This document shows, in pieces, positions 1 through 8,422 of a stretch of DNA of 48,443 bases. Within the stretch, counting starts at the first letter, position 1. Each line of letters starts with the position of its first letter. The notes under the pieces were generated by a model. The model was given only the letters and a program-made list of their open reading frames with translations. It searched no databases and was not told the DNA's origin. The position numbers were made by a program, and so were the translations under genes. The stretch is from a virus. Its lineage: Duplodnaviria > Caudoviricetes. The stretch covers positions 1-48,443 of IMG/VR virus record IMGVR_UViG_3300026825_000027, one strand, 5' to 3'.

Positions 1-63
1 CCCCGCCTCCTGCTCCCGCAGGATCGCAATGATCTGCTCTTCGGTGAACTTCGATCTCTTCAT
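1..63 (-). CDS. IS3-family transposase OrfA, N-terminus (partial)
   Basis: Manual translation MKRSKFTEEQIIAILREQEAG, typical IS3/IS407-group OrfA start. Confidence 0.85.
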   Translation of the reverse strand, partial: MKRSKFTEEQIIAILREQEAG

Positions 64-126
64 GTCCGGTCCTCTCCATGGGCCGGACTCTAGCATCAGA
101 TGGACGAGGTATCGGGGGTCAGAGCA
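1..126 (-). mobile_element. IS3-family insertion sequence, left end (continues off the window)
   Basis: Minus strand begins TGCTCTGACCCC at 126 (IS3-type 5'-TG end), then GGAGAGG RBS and an OrfA start at 63. Confidence 0.8.
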
Positions 127-157
127 CAGCCAATGCCGAGGTAGCGCCGAGGCAAAA

Positions 158-191
158 GCAAAAGCCCCGCCGTGGTTCGGCGGGGCATTTT
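158..191 (-). terminator. Intrinsic terminator downstream of the tRNA 3' end
   Basis: Stem GCCCCGCCG-TGGTT-CGGCGGGGC followed by TTTTGCTTTT on the minus strand. Confidence 0.75.
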
Positions 192-218
192 GCAACGCCT
201 TGGGGGCAATGGGTTTTT

Positions 219-265
219 TGGTTGCGGGGGCAGGATTTGAACCTGCGGCCTTCAGGTTATGAGCC
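219..265 (-). tRNA. 3' half of tRNA-fMet(CAT), 47 bp; att core of an integrated element, not an intact tRNA
   Basis: Minus strand GGCTCATAACCTGAAGGCCGCAGGTTCAAATCCTGCCCCCGCAACCA: anticodon loop, T arm and CCA present; 5' half (D arm) absent. Confidence 0.9.
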
Positions 266-295
266 GAACCCGTTGATTGTTCCTGCCTCTTTTGA

Positions 296-426
296 TTTCA
301 ACAACTTAACGGACAAGCCTTTGACATGACAGATTTTTCTGCCAGAAACTGTTCTGTTTCGGCGTCATTCAGCGTCTCTCGGTGTTGCCCAACCAGCATC
401 CGCGGGTTGACCAGACGTTGACAAGA
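296..426. promoter_or_regulatory. Putative att arm: IHF-like site and integrase arm-type repeats
   Basis: TTTCAACAACTTA (296-308, one mismatch to WATCAANNNNTTR); direct repeat GTTGACCAGA/GTTGACAAGA (406-426). Confidence 0.4.
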
Positions 427-487
427 GCACCAGATGAACCTTGCCGAAATGATCAGCATGAAATGCATCGGAGTGCTCCTGGTGCTG

Positions 488-1909
488 CTATAAGTTCAAT
501 ACCGGTGATCGACTGCAGACCACCAAATGCTGCGATCCGCGAGTCATTGCCACATAAAGGTTCCGGGCGTCGAGGTCGTCTGCGTTAAGCACGACAGCGG
601 CTTCTGCTTCCAAGCCTTTTAGTAGCAAGGTGCTGCCAACCGCCCGTTGCGGAAGAGGGCGGCCAACCATTCGATTCTGTTCTCGAATCCGGACGGCTGC
701 GTCTTGAAAGGTTAGACCCTCTGTCCCCGCGCAGAGCTGGAGGGCCTTGATGCAAGCGCGAAAGACGGCAGGACGGTGCGGCGTGACGCCGACCTGTTTG
801 CCGATCTCGACAAGGACATCGATCGCTCGTCGATGCGACGGATCACGGACAAACGCGAGCGCCACACTTTCGGCATCGGTCGGGTCGCGGCGCGCTGTGC
901 CGCGCTGGAGCGATGAAACGCGCTGAACGAAGTCTGCCGCGCCCACATTTCGCATGACGCCTTGGGCGAACTCGGCGAGAAGTTGAAGTGCCAGGGGCGA
1001 TGAAGGGTCAAAGCGTCTCGCGAACGCGACTAAGTCTTTCAAATCGACGGCTTCCACCGTCACTGCGCCAGGCGTCTGACTGGCGAACCGACGCTGACTA
1101 TCAGGGCTCGTGCTTTCGCCGATGATAAGTACGCGACCATTCACGCTTGGTGGCCTGACCCTCGCTGCTTCTAGGCGCTTTTCATGGTCACTTGTTCCGT
1201 CGAGGTGGACCCATGTGACACTCGCTGGCGCGGTCCTGATATCAATAGGCTCTCCCCTTACCAGTCTGCCGCGGATCTCCAGAAGCCAATGTCCCAGCGG
1301 CTCAGCTCCCGCATTGATCCAACGCCAAGGCGTCGTGAGCTATCCTACCAACGGAAAGTAGCGGCAAACCTGCTCGTCCCAAGTTGCCAGATCATCGCCA
1401 CCGAAGCCAAAGATCGCCTGCATGGGATCTCCCAGAACACAGGTTGGCAAGGTTTGGGCCGCATAGCCGACGACCGCGTGCTGGCGAACTGAACAGTCCT
1501 GATACTCGTCGACGATGAGCCGTGCATAGCTTGCCTTGAGCACGTCGGCGACGTGACCAGCCTTAAGTAGCTTTGCAGCTGCGACACGGATGTTCGGGTA
1601 ATCCGTGCCCGGACTGGCCAAATTGAGAAGGTTTGGATCATGTCCGCTGCGGCGTGGGAACGTCGAGATGAGCCGCATCGCCCAGCCGTCGATTGTCGAG
1701 AGCCGATATGCCTTCGATGGGACGCCTGCTTTGTCAAGGCGACCCCTCAAGGCGACGACACCAGCGTTCGTATGGGTCAGAACGAGGATGGGCTTGTCGC
1801 TGCGATGCCGCGTTAATGCTTCCGCGATCAGGTGGGTCTTGCCACACCCGGCCGGTGCCGTCACGGTTCCTCGGTCTATTCCTAGCAGATCGATCTCAGG
1901 GGCCGGCAT
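488..1909 (-). pseudogene. gajB: UvrD-like helicase (Gabija GajB-like) interrupted by in-frame TAG at 1340-1342
   Basis: APAGCGKT, LIVDEYQD, LGDPMQAIF upstream; frame continues past the stop (VG*LTTPWRWINAG) to KGLE and LYVAMTRG; start overlaps the gajA stop. Confidence 0.8.
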
Positions 1910-3629
1910 TGGAGCACCACGCGAAGATACCGTCGACGAGATCGCGGAAGCCAGCATCGGCGTGCTGCATGTCCGGGCCAACGATATCCCGCGCCACGTC
2001 TTCCATCCACGTGACCGACTTGAACCACCCAGCGCGTTTCGTTCGCGCTGCCGCCGCAAGCGCCGCTCTACTCTCCAAGAGGAGAGGCCCTGCTTCTGCC
2101 TCCGCGAGGATTGCGGCCAAATCCTTGGTATTCTTACTGGCAGATTTGATGTGGTCGTTTACCAAATCCCCACCATGGAGATCGATTGCGCGAGCCAGGA
2201 GTTTACCGACCCCATCGTCGGACAGGCTCAGGAACAGTTCGTCTTCCAAGGCACGCCCGTCACGCCACGCAATTACTTTGCCGCCCTTGGCGATGAAGCC
2301 GTCCTCTACTGCAGCCGTAGGCTTCTTGTCGTCGTCGCGAACAACGGCAGCTCGATACCCCAGCCCCTGGAAAGCTTCCCCTCGTGCAAAAGGCCGATCG
2401 GAATCGCCGCCGCCGCAGTCCACCAATGCGGTTCCCAGTGCTGTGATGGCGTCCTTCCCCTGCGCTGTCCTGTATTGGTCGAGACCCCGCACCAGACCGA
2501 CCTCGCTTGCGCCTTCACAGACAATCACTGAGGGCGCAAGGAAGGCATCTGGGTAGAGCCGGATCGTACTCTGAACGCCGTCGGCAGTACCGACCTCCAA
2601 CACTTCGTGGCGATCCCCAGACCGTCGCGCCACGAACAACTGGCTGCCGGAAAGCTCGCGCAGGGCGACCGGCGAATGCGTCGTCATGAAAACCTGGAGT
2701 GGTGGTGTCTTCTCTTTCGCGCCGAGCGACCCGAGAAGTCGGATAATGCGGTGCGGTTCGAGCCCATGTTCCAGCTCGTCAATCAGGATCACCGTCGACT
2801 GCGCCGCCGCCTTTCGCTGGAGACCAGCGATCAGCAGTCGGGTAGACCCGATGCCCAGTCCCCTGAGCCGGATGCCACCCTCATCATGCAGCGAAATCGT
2901 CCCGCCACTGAAGGACACTGAGTGCGTATCAAGCATCGCCTTGATATTCTCACCTATCGGGATGCCCAGTTCCTTGGCCGTCGCAGCCACGATCAAGAGC
3001 GTCTCGCCCAGTTGCCCTTGGGCCTCTTCACCAAAGGCCGCCCTGGCATCCCTTGCTGCCTTCGCCAAAGCGGCGGAAGCATCGGCGCGCTCTTCTGAGA
3101 CCCGGTTTAGCACCGAACCACGCCGCCAACCCAAATGGTAATCCGCCAGTGCGCCGATCCGAGTTGGTGCGAGCCGAACCCGGTCCCCCCAACTGAGATT
3201 TCTTACAAGGCCTTGTGCTTCCGCTCTCTCTGAGACCAGCGTCCAGCTTGGCTCCAGATCACTTGCGACCTTCAGCTGCACACTCAGGACGGTTTCGGCG
3301 TCCTTTTCTGGCTCGTCCTCAATCCTTCCGGTACCAGGGTCGAAGGCCCGGACGAACATCCCATACGCATCAAGGTTCTTTAGTCCATCTTCGAGTTCGC
3401 CCAAGGTTACTGTGATCGTAATTGGTTTCTCGACATCCAATTGATGAAAATCAGCGTCGGTAAATTGAATGTTTCGACGCGCACCTAAGCAAAAATCGAT
3501 GGCGTCGAGAATCGAGGATTTCCCACTGTCACCCGGACCGATTATGCAATTAATGCCTGGCGATGGCAGCCAAACTAGGTCCTTTATGCCCCTGAAGTGA
3601 CTGATTTCAACGGACCTGATTCTTGCCAC
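1896..3629 (-). CDS. gajA: OLD-family ABC-ATPase/TOPRIM nuclease (Gabija GajA-like)
   Basis: Walker A GPGDSGKS, Walker B ILIDELE, TTHSP, TOPRIM VIVCEGASE and DDD; directly upstream of a UvrD gene; GTG start chosen by RBS (ORF open to 3644). Confidence 0.85.
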   Translation of the reverse strand: MARIRSVEISHFRGIKDLVWLPSPGINCIIGPGDSGKSSILDAIDFCLGARRNIQFTDADFHQLDVEKPITITVTLGELEDGLKNLDAYGMFVRAFDPGTGRIEDEPEKDAETVLSVQLKVASDLEPSWTLVSERAEAQGLVRNLSWGDRVRLAPTRIGALADYHLGWRRGSVLNRVSEERADASAALAKAARDARAAFGEEAQGQLGETLLIVAATAKELGIPIGENIKAMLDTHSVSFSGGTISLHDEGGIRLRGLGIGSTRLLIAGLQRKAAAQSTVILIDELEHGLEPHRIIRLLGSLGAKEKTPPLQVFMTTHSPVALRELSGSQLFVARRSGDRHEVLEVGTADGVQSTIRLYPDAFLAPSVIVCEGASEVGLVRGLDQYRTAQGKDAITALGTALVDCGGGDSDRPFARGEAFQGLGYRAAVVRDDDKKPTAAVEDGFIAKGGKVIAWRDGRALEDELFLSLSDDGVGKLLARAIDLHGGDLVNDHIKSASKNTKDLAAILAEAEAGPLLLESRAALAAAARTKRAGWFKSVTWMEDVARDIVGPDMQHADAGFRDLVDGIFAWCSNAGP

Positions 3630-3940
3630 CAACATCACTCCCAAGAGCAGACAATTCGATAACGGGCGCCTAGACGGTACTGGCCGATGGACGCGGCATC
3701 AAGCCTTCAGCATCTCCGACTGCAACCTATGGCAGAGCGCAGAGGTCGGGTCTCTCAGGTGTTTAGCATCCAGCATGGCAGGGCCGGTCTCGGGATCACG
3801 AGCGATGCATGCCGATGATCGGGCGGCGATTAAATCGTCGGCGCAGGCGTCGGTATTGGACCGCCGGTTCGCCTCCCCTGCGTGGTCGGCCAGTTCGCCC
3901 AGCTCTTTGTTTTTCCTGACCGGAACGCCCCTCCCCACCC

Positions 3941-3974
3941 CAGTTCCACCTTCCGCCTGTATTCCGGTCCCCGC
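3941..3974 (+). repeat. 34-bp upstream motif, copy 1 (before integrase)
   Basis: CAGTTCCACCTTCCGCCTGTATTCCGGTCCCCGC; 31/34 identical to 6451-6484. Confidence 0.85.
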
Positions 3975-4039
3975 CTTGTGGTCCGACTTGATAGTGGCGC
4001 GGGTCTACGCCTGTGTCGTCGGGCAAGGAGGCGGGATGG

Positions 4040-5311
4040 ATGGTCAAGAGACTGAAACTGAATGAGAAAACCCTGCGCGAGGCAGAGCCGAAGCCCGGCG
4101 CCAGCTATCAGATCTTCGACACGGAGGTGATTGGCTTCGCCGCCAGTGTGCAGGCGTCGGGTGCGCGGACCTTCACAATCGACTACCGGCACGCCGGGCG
4201 GCAGAGGCGGATGACCATCGGGCGCTGGCCGGATTGGAGCGTCACGGCCGCGCGCGAACGTGCCAAGGAACTGCGCCGCGCCATCGACGAAGGTCAGGAT
4301 CCTCTGGCGATGCGCGACGAGTGGCGCGGGGCCCCGCGTGTCACAGACATGATCGACCGCTACATCGCCGAGCATCTGCCGAAACTGGCCAAGACCAATG
4401 CGGGCGACCAGGTCTCGATGCTGAAGAAGATGGTCGAACCGGCCTGGGGCAACCGGCTGGTGACGGAGATCACCAAGTCCGACGTCGCGAAGTTCCTCGA
4501 TTTCGTGGCCGAGGGGCGGCCCCGTCCCTGCAAGGCAAAGCCCAACAACCGGGCCCGCAAACTGCAGGGTCACAAGCCCACCCCGATCCGCGCCAACCGA
4601 ATGGGCGAGGTGCTGCGCAAAATGTTCACGCTGGCGGTGGAGTGGGAATGGCGGACGGACAACCCCGCGCACGGATTTCATCGGCGCATCGAACACGCCC
4701 GCGAGCGCTTCCTGTCGCCCGAAGAGCTGACCCGACTGGCGGCCGTGCTGGATGCGGCCGAGGATCAGCGTGCCGCAGCCATCATCCGCATGTGCATGCT
4801 GACCGGTGCCCGGGTGGGCGAGGTGCGCACCGCACGGTTCGAACAGCTCAACCTCGACTATGCCATCTGGTCGAAGCCTGCCTCGACCACCAAGCAGCGC
4901 AAGATCCACCGCGTCCCGATTTCGCAGGACGTAGCGGCCATCGTGCGGCTGCGCCAGCAGGCGGTGCCACGCGGGAACCCGTGGCTGTTTCCCGGCGACA
5001 CCGTCGGCCAGCCCGTGCGGGAAATCCGCCGCTTCTGGGCCAAGGTGCAGAAGGACGCCGGGCTGGCCGACGTCCGCATCCATGACCTGCGCCACACCTT
5101 TGCCTCGCTTCTGGTCAGCGGCGGCGCGTCGCTGGAAATGATCGGCAAGCTCTTGGGCCACAGCCAGATGCAGACCACCCAGCGCTACGCGCACCTGATG
5201 GATTCGCCGCTACGTGCAGGTGTCGACACGGTGGCCAGCCTCCTGCGCCCGCGGCCGCGCCTTGTGCATGACGCGGCGCAGGACGGGGCCGACCTGCCGA
5301 AATCGGCCTGA
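4040..5311 (+). CDS. Tyrosine integrase with N-terminal arm-binding domain
   Basis: TGARVGE, HDLRH, LLGH, TQRY catalytic residues; RRMTIGRWP arm-binding N-terminus; AAGGAGG RBS. Confidence 0.95.
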   Translation: MVKRLKLNEKTLREAEPKPGASYQIFDTEVIGFAASVQASGARTFTIDYRHAGRQRRMTIGRWPDWSVTAARERAKELRRAIDEGQDPLAMRDEWRGAPRVTDMIDRYIAEHLPKLAKTNAGDQVSMLKKMVEPAWGNRLVTEITKSDVAKFLDFVAEGRPRPCKAKPNNRARKLQGHKPTPIRANRMGEVLRKMFTLAVEWEWRTDNPAHGFHRRIEHARERFLSPEELTRLAAVLDAAEDQRAAAIIRMCMLTGARVGEVRTARFEQLNLDYAIWSKPASTTKQRKIHRVPISQDVAAIVRLRQQAVPRGNPWLFPGDTVGQPVREIRRFWAKVQKDAGLADVRIHDLRHTFASLLVSGGASLEMIGKLLGHSQMQTTQRYAHLMDSPLRAGVDTVASLLRPRPRLVHDAAQDGADLPKSA

Positions 5312-5314
5312 CCA

Positions 5315-5917
5315 TCACGTGGCATCCTCGCCCCGCAACCTGCGCCATAGCGAGGACAGCCGCTTGCGGATGGTGCTCTCATCCGGCACTTCGCCCGACT
5401 TCGAGTTCTGCACGAACCAGTCCTGCACCAGCGACACCAACGCGGTCTGGGTGTCGGGCACGCCCTTTTCGAACAGGAACCACGTCAGCCACGCGTACAT
5501 CGCGTCCCAATCGTAGCGCGGGCTGGCGCCGATGGTGGAGGCCGGGCGCCGCAGCAGATCGCGTTCCTCCTCGAAGGCCTGCAGCGTTCCGGAACCTAGC
5601 AGCAGGTCGGAGGACCGGACCAGCACCCCCTCGGCCGGGTCGGTGATCGTGAGCCAGGTCCTGCTGCCGAGCGGCATGACCCGCCTGAGCCGCGCCTGAT
5701 CGTCGCTCGGACCCATCCGCCGGAACATCCCCATAAGTTCCGCCATCGGCACCTGAACCATCCCGGCCACCGTCTCCTCGCCGCAGAGGACGGGAGGAAT
5801 GCCCGCCACCACATTCAGATGCCCCGCCGCCGCCCAGCCCGCCACATCGGCCGGAGGGCAACCCCAGCGCACGGCGATTTCGTAGATCGAGAAGAATGCG
5901 ACGGGGGGCAGAGGCAT
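5315..5917 (-). CDS. Hypothetical 200-aa protein, putative DNA-binding regulator
   Basis: AAGGAG RBS before ATG 5917; N-terminal EIAVRWG helix and C-terminal RYDW..WF..PDESTIRKR HTH-like segment; function inferred. Confidence 0.65.
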   Translation of the reverse strand: MPLPPVAFFSIYEIAVRWGCPPADVAGWAAAGHLNVVAGIPPVLCGEETVAGMVQVPMAELMGMFRRMGPSDDQARLRRVMPLGSRTWLTITDPAEGVLVRSSDLLLGSGTLQAFEEERDLLRRPASTIGASPRYDWDAMYAWLTWFLFEKGVPDTQTALVSLVQDWFVQNSKSGEVPDESTIRKRLSSLWRRLRGEDAT

Positions 5918-6180
5918 CGGGAAACTCCTTTCAGACATGCGGCATCCTTCAGCCAGGGCCGTCGGCATGCAGGTTACAAATGACCAGCCGTGCCGAGCAC
6001 GCGGGCCGCCTCAGAGTTCAGAGCATGTCGTCGAGGAAAACCGCCTGTATTTCGGAGGCACACCGTGACCGGCGTGCGCATCCGACTGCGTTCGTCTTTT
6101 CGATTCTTATGGACTGCTCGATCAAAAGTTTACGCATCCAGAAGGCGAGCGCGCAACCACAAACCTGTGATGCGCCACCC

Positions 6181-6235
6181 GAACAAAGAAAGAACCTGTG
6201 GATATCGTCGAGCGCCTGCGGAACCCGACCGGAAC
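6181..6235 (-). promoter_or_regulatory. Two alphaproteobacterial LexA (SOS) boxes
   Basis: GAAC-AAAGAAA-GAAC (6181-6195) and GAAC-CCGACCG-GAAC (6221-6235), both exact GTTC-N7-GTTC on the minus strand. Confidence 0.7.
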
Positions 6236-6450
6236 ATCCCATTCCGGCAATTCCACTCCCCTCAGCACCGGCGAAACCGCCTGAACATCGGCCAGCAGGC
6301 CCTCCCCGGAGAGTGCGGTAACGCTGGCGCATAGATCGCCGCCCGGAACCGGCTCGGATGATGATCGCAAGGTCGCAATCCTAAAGTGATCCCGGCTAGC
6401 CGAAGCCACAAAACCCCAATGAAAACGGGGCGGAATAGGTTCGCCACCTT

Positions 6451-6484
6451 CAATTCCACCTTCCGCCTGTCTTCCGGTCCTCGC
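6451..6484 (+). repeat. 34-bp upstream motif, copy 2 (before xis-like/early operon)
   Basis: CAATTCCACCTTCCGCCTGTCTTCCGGTCCTCGC. Confidence 0.85.
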
Positions 6485-6541
6485 GCTCTGCTTCGCTGAA
6501 CCGACCCCCACCAGAGGGGTGCCGCGCGAATGGAGCAGCCG

Positions 6542-6787
6542 ATGAAGGACATTCAGACCGATCCCGACGAGGACATCCCGGACCTGCTGGCCGACTGGAT
6601 CAGCCGGGAGCAGTTGGCCCGCGCGCTGGGCCTGACGGCCGACACGCTGTCCCGGTGGGAAGCCCGCCGCCAGGGGCCGCCCTGCACACGCATAGGTCGA
6701 AAGACTTTCTACCGCCGCGCCGCCATTCAGGAATGGATCAGGGCTCAGGAACAGGCCCATCCGCTGCGCAAGCCGCGGGGGCGGTGA
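6542..6787 (+). CDS. AlpA/excisionase-like HTH protein
   Basis: ISREQLARALGLTADTLSRW..GPP..RIGRKTFYRR..IQEW pattern; 81 aa. Confidence 0.8.
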   Translation: MKDIQTDPDEDIPDLLADWISREQLARALGLTADTLSRWEARRQGPPCTRIGRKTFYRRAAIQEWIRAQEQAHPLRKPRGR

Positions 6788-7026
6788 TGACGATCCGCCC
6801 TCGCAGTTCCGCCTGGCCCGCCGACCGAGTGGCCGAGGCCCGCGCTGTGATCGCCGACGTCGCGCATCACAGCGATCTTCTCATCCGGCTCGCCTGCAAT
6901 GTGCTCGCCCAGCATGGCGAGACGTCGGCCGAACGCGCCGATGCCCAGCGCCTGCTGGTCGTCGTCGATGCGCGGCGGCCGGTTCGGCGCGCCCAGCGCG
7001 AAGACCAGGGGAGGGCCGCTCGATGA
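6787..7026 (+). CDS. Hypothetical phage protein
   Basis: TGATG coupling to the upstream gene and ATGA overlap with the next. Confidence 0.65.
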   Translation: MTIRPRSSAWPADRVAEARAVIADVAHHSDLLIRLACNVLAQHGETSAERADAQRLLVVVDARRPVRRAQREDQGRAAR

Positions 7027-7418
7027 TGCGCCGTGGCACCCCCGAGGCCGATCTGCAGCGTGCCGTCGTGCAGGCGCTGCGCATCGCCCTGCCCCGCACC
7101 GCTATCATCCATCACTGTGCCAACGAGGTCACTGAGGCCGGGCCCCGCGGGGCGAAGCGCCAAGCGATCCTCGTCGGCATGGGCGTCCATGCAGGGTTCG
7201 CCGATCTGATGGTGATCTGCGGCGGCCGCGTTCTTTTCCTCGAGTTGAAGGCGCCAAAGGGGCGATTGCGGCCGGAGCAGGAGGCGTTCCGCGAGGCGGT
7301 GCAGGCGCAGGGGTTCGGCTGGGCGCTGGTCTGCAGCCTCGACGACGCGCTGGGCGCGCTGGCCGATCACGGCTTCACCACGCGCATCGCCCCTCCCCCG
7401 CGGAGGTCCGCGCCATGA
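7023..7418 (+). CDS. VRR-NUC domain nuclease
   Basis: E..LQ, GVHAGFADL, LFLELKAPKGRLRPEQ motifs. Confidence 0.85.
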   Translation: MMRRGTPEADLQRAVVQALRIALPRTAIIHHCANEVTEAGPRGAKRQAILVGMGVHAGFADLMVICGGRVLFLELKAPKGRLRPEQEAFREAVQAQGFGWALVCSLDDALGALADHGFTTRIAPPPRRSAP

Positions 7419-8422
7419 GCCATGAGGCCACCAACTGGGCCATCAAGCAGCGCGGGCTGAAGCCGACGACGAAGATCGTGCTCTGGCACCTCTGCGACCG
7501 GTTCAACCCGGATTATGGCTGCTTCCCCTCCCAGGACCGGCTGGCGCATGACTGGGAAATCAGCCGGTCCACGCTGAACGATCACCTTGGCCAGCTTGAG
7601 GCCGTGGGCCTGCTGCGGCGGGTGCCGCGGCTCGACCCCGTGACCAAGCGCCAGCTGCCCACCCGCTACATCCTGGGGTTCGAGCCGGGGTTCACACCCG
7701 TTGCTGTGGTACCGTGTCCGGAAACCGGACACGGGGAGGAGGGCGGCGCAGAAAGGCTCGACGATGCCGATGTTTGCGACGTCGGCGGCATGGCCGATGC
7801 CTTGCCGTGTCCGGATTTCGGACACGGAGTTGGGACCGGAGCCGTGTCCGATTTTCCGGCTGACCCGTGTCCGGAAAATGCCGAAAGCCGTGTCCGGATT
7901 TCGGACACTAACCCTGTAAGGGAACCTCTAAGTAAACCAGTAAAGGAGGAGGAGGGCGCGCTGGCGCGCGCGGCAATTTCCGATCAGGTTTTCGGGGACC
8001 TGCTGACAGCGCTGGGCCTCGACACCGCCGCCCTGCCCGGCTGGTGGCAGGGCTGGCCGCCCCGCCTGCACATCCAGCGCTGGCGCGACGAGCTGGGGCT
8101 GACCGAGGCGGAGATCATCGCTGCGGCCGAGGCCAGCCGCGAGGAGCACCCCGAACCGCCCGATGGGCCGAAGGCGCTGGACCGCGTCATGCAACGGGCG
8201 GCCCAGCGCAAGGTCGAGGATGCCGGTCGCAAGCGCCGGAAACCCAAGGCGGCCCCTGCCCCGGCCACCAAGCCGATCACCGACCTCCCCGCCTTCTACG
8301 CCGATCTGGTCAACTCCGAAGGTTACCTGCCGGTCAGTGCGATCAGCAACACGATGCGCGATGCCATGCTGGCCCGCGGGCTGGTCACGGCCGAACGCCT
8401 GCGCGAGCGCGGGGTGCGGTGA
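7415..8422 (+). CDS. Phage replication initiator-like protein (N-terminal wHTH)
   Basis: CFPSQDRLAHDWEISRSTL HTH; internal iteron cluster as in lambda O-type genes. Confidence 0.75.
   Translation: MSHEATNWAIKQRGLKPTTKIVLWHLCDRFNPDYGCFPSQDRLAHDWEISRSTLNDHLGQLEAVGLLRRVPRLDPVTKRQLPTRYILGFEPGFTPVAVVPCPETGHGEEGGAERLDDADVCDVGGMADALPCPDFGHGVGTGAVSDFPADPCPENAESRVRISDTNPVREPLSKPVKEEEGALARAAISDQVFGDLLTALGLDTAALPGWWQGWPPRLHIQRWRDELGLTEAEIIAAAEASREEHPEPPDGPKALDRVMQRAAQRKVEDAGRKRRKPKAAPAPATKPITDLPAFYADLVNSEGYLPVSAISNTMRDAMLARGLVTAERLRERGVR
7712..7945. repeat. Putative replication origin (iterons plus A-rich tract)
   Basis: CCGTGTCCG at 7712, 7805, 7842, 7865, 7888; three copies are palindromic (e.g. CCGTGTCCGG-AAA-CCGGACACGG); A-rich tract 7909-7945. 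Confidence 0.7.

Noticed and set aside
29-262. ORF ending LVAGAGFEPAAFRL
   Set aside because: Artefact of translating the antisense of a tRNA
219-265. Functional tRNA-Met gene
   Set aside because: 5' acceptor strand and D arm are missing
3830-5194. 454-aa antisense ORF over the integrase, and similar long shadows (20021-21106, 21304-22743, 30658-31710, 42846-44432, 45336-46691)
   Set aside because: Expected mirror frames of high-GC coding DNA; no motifs or RBS
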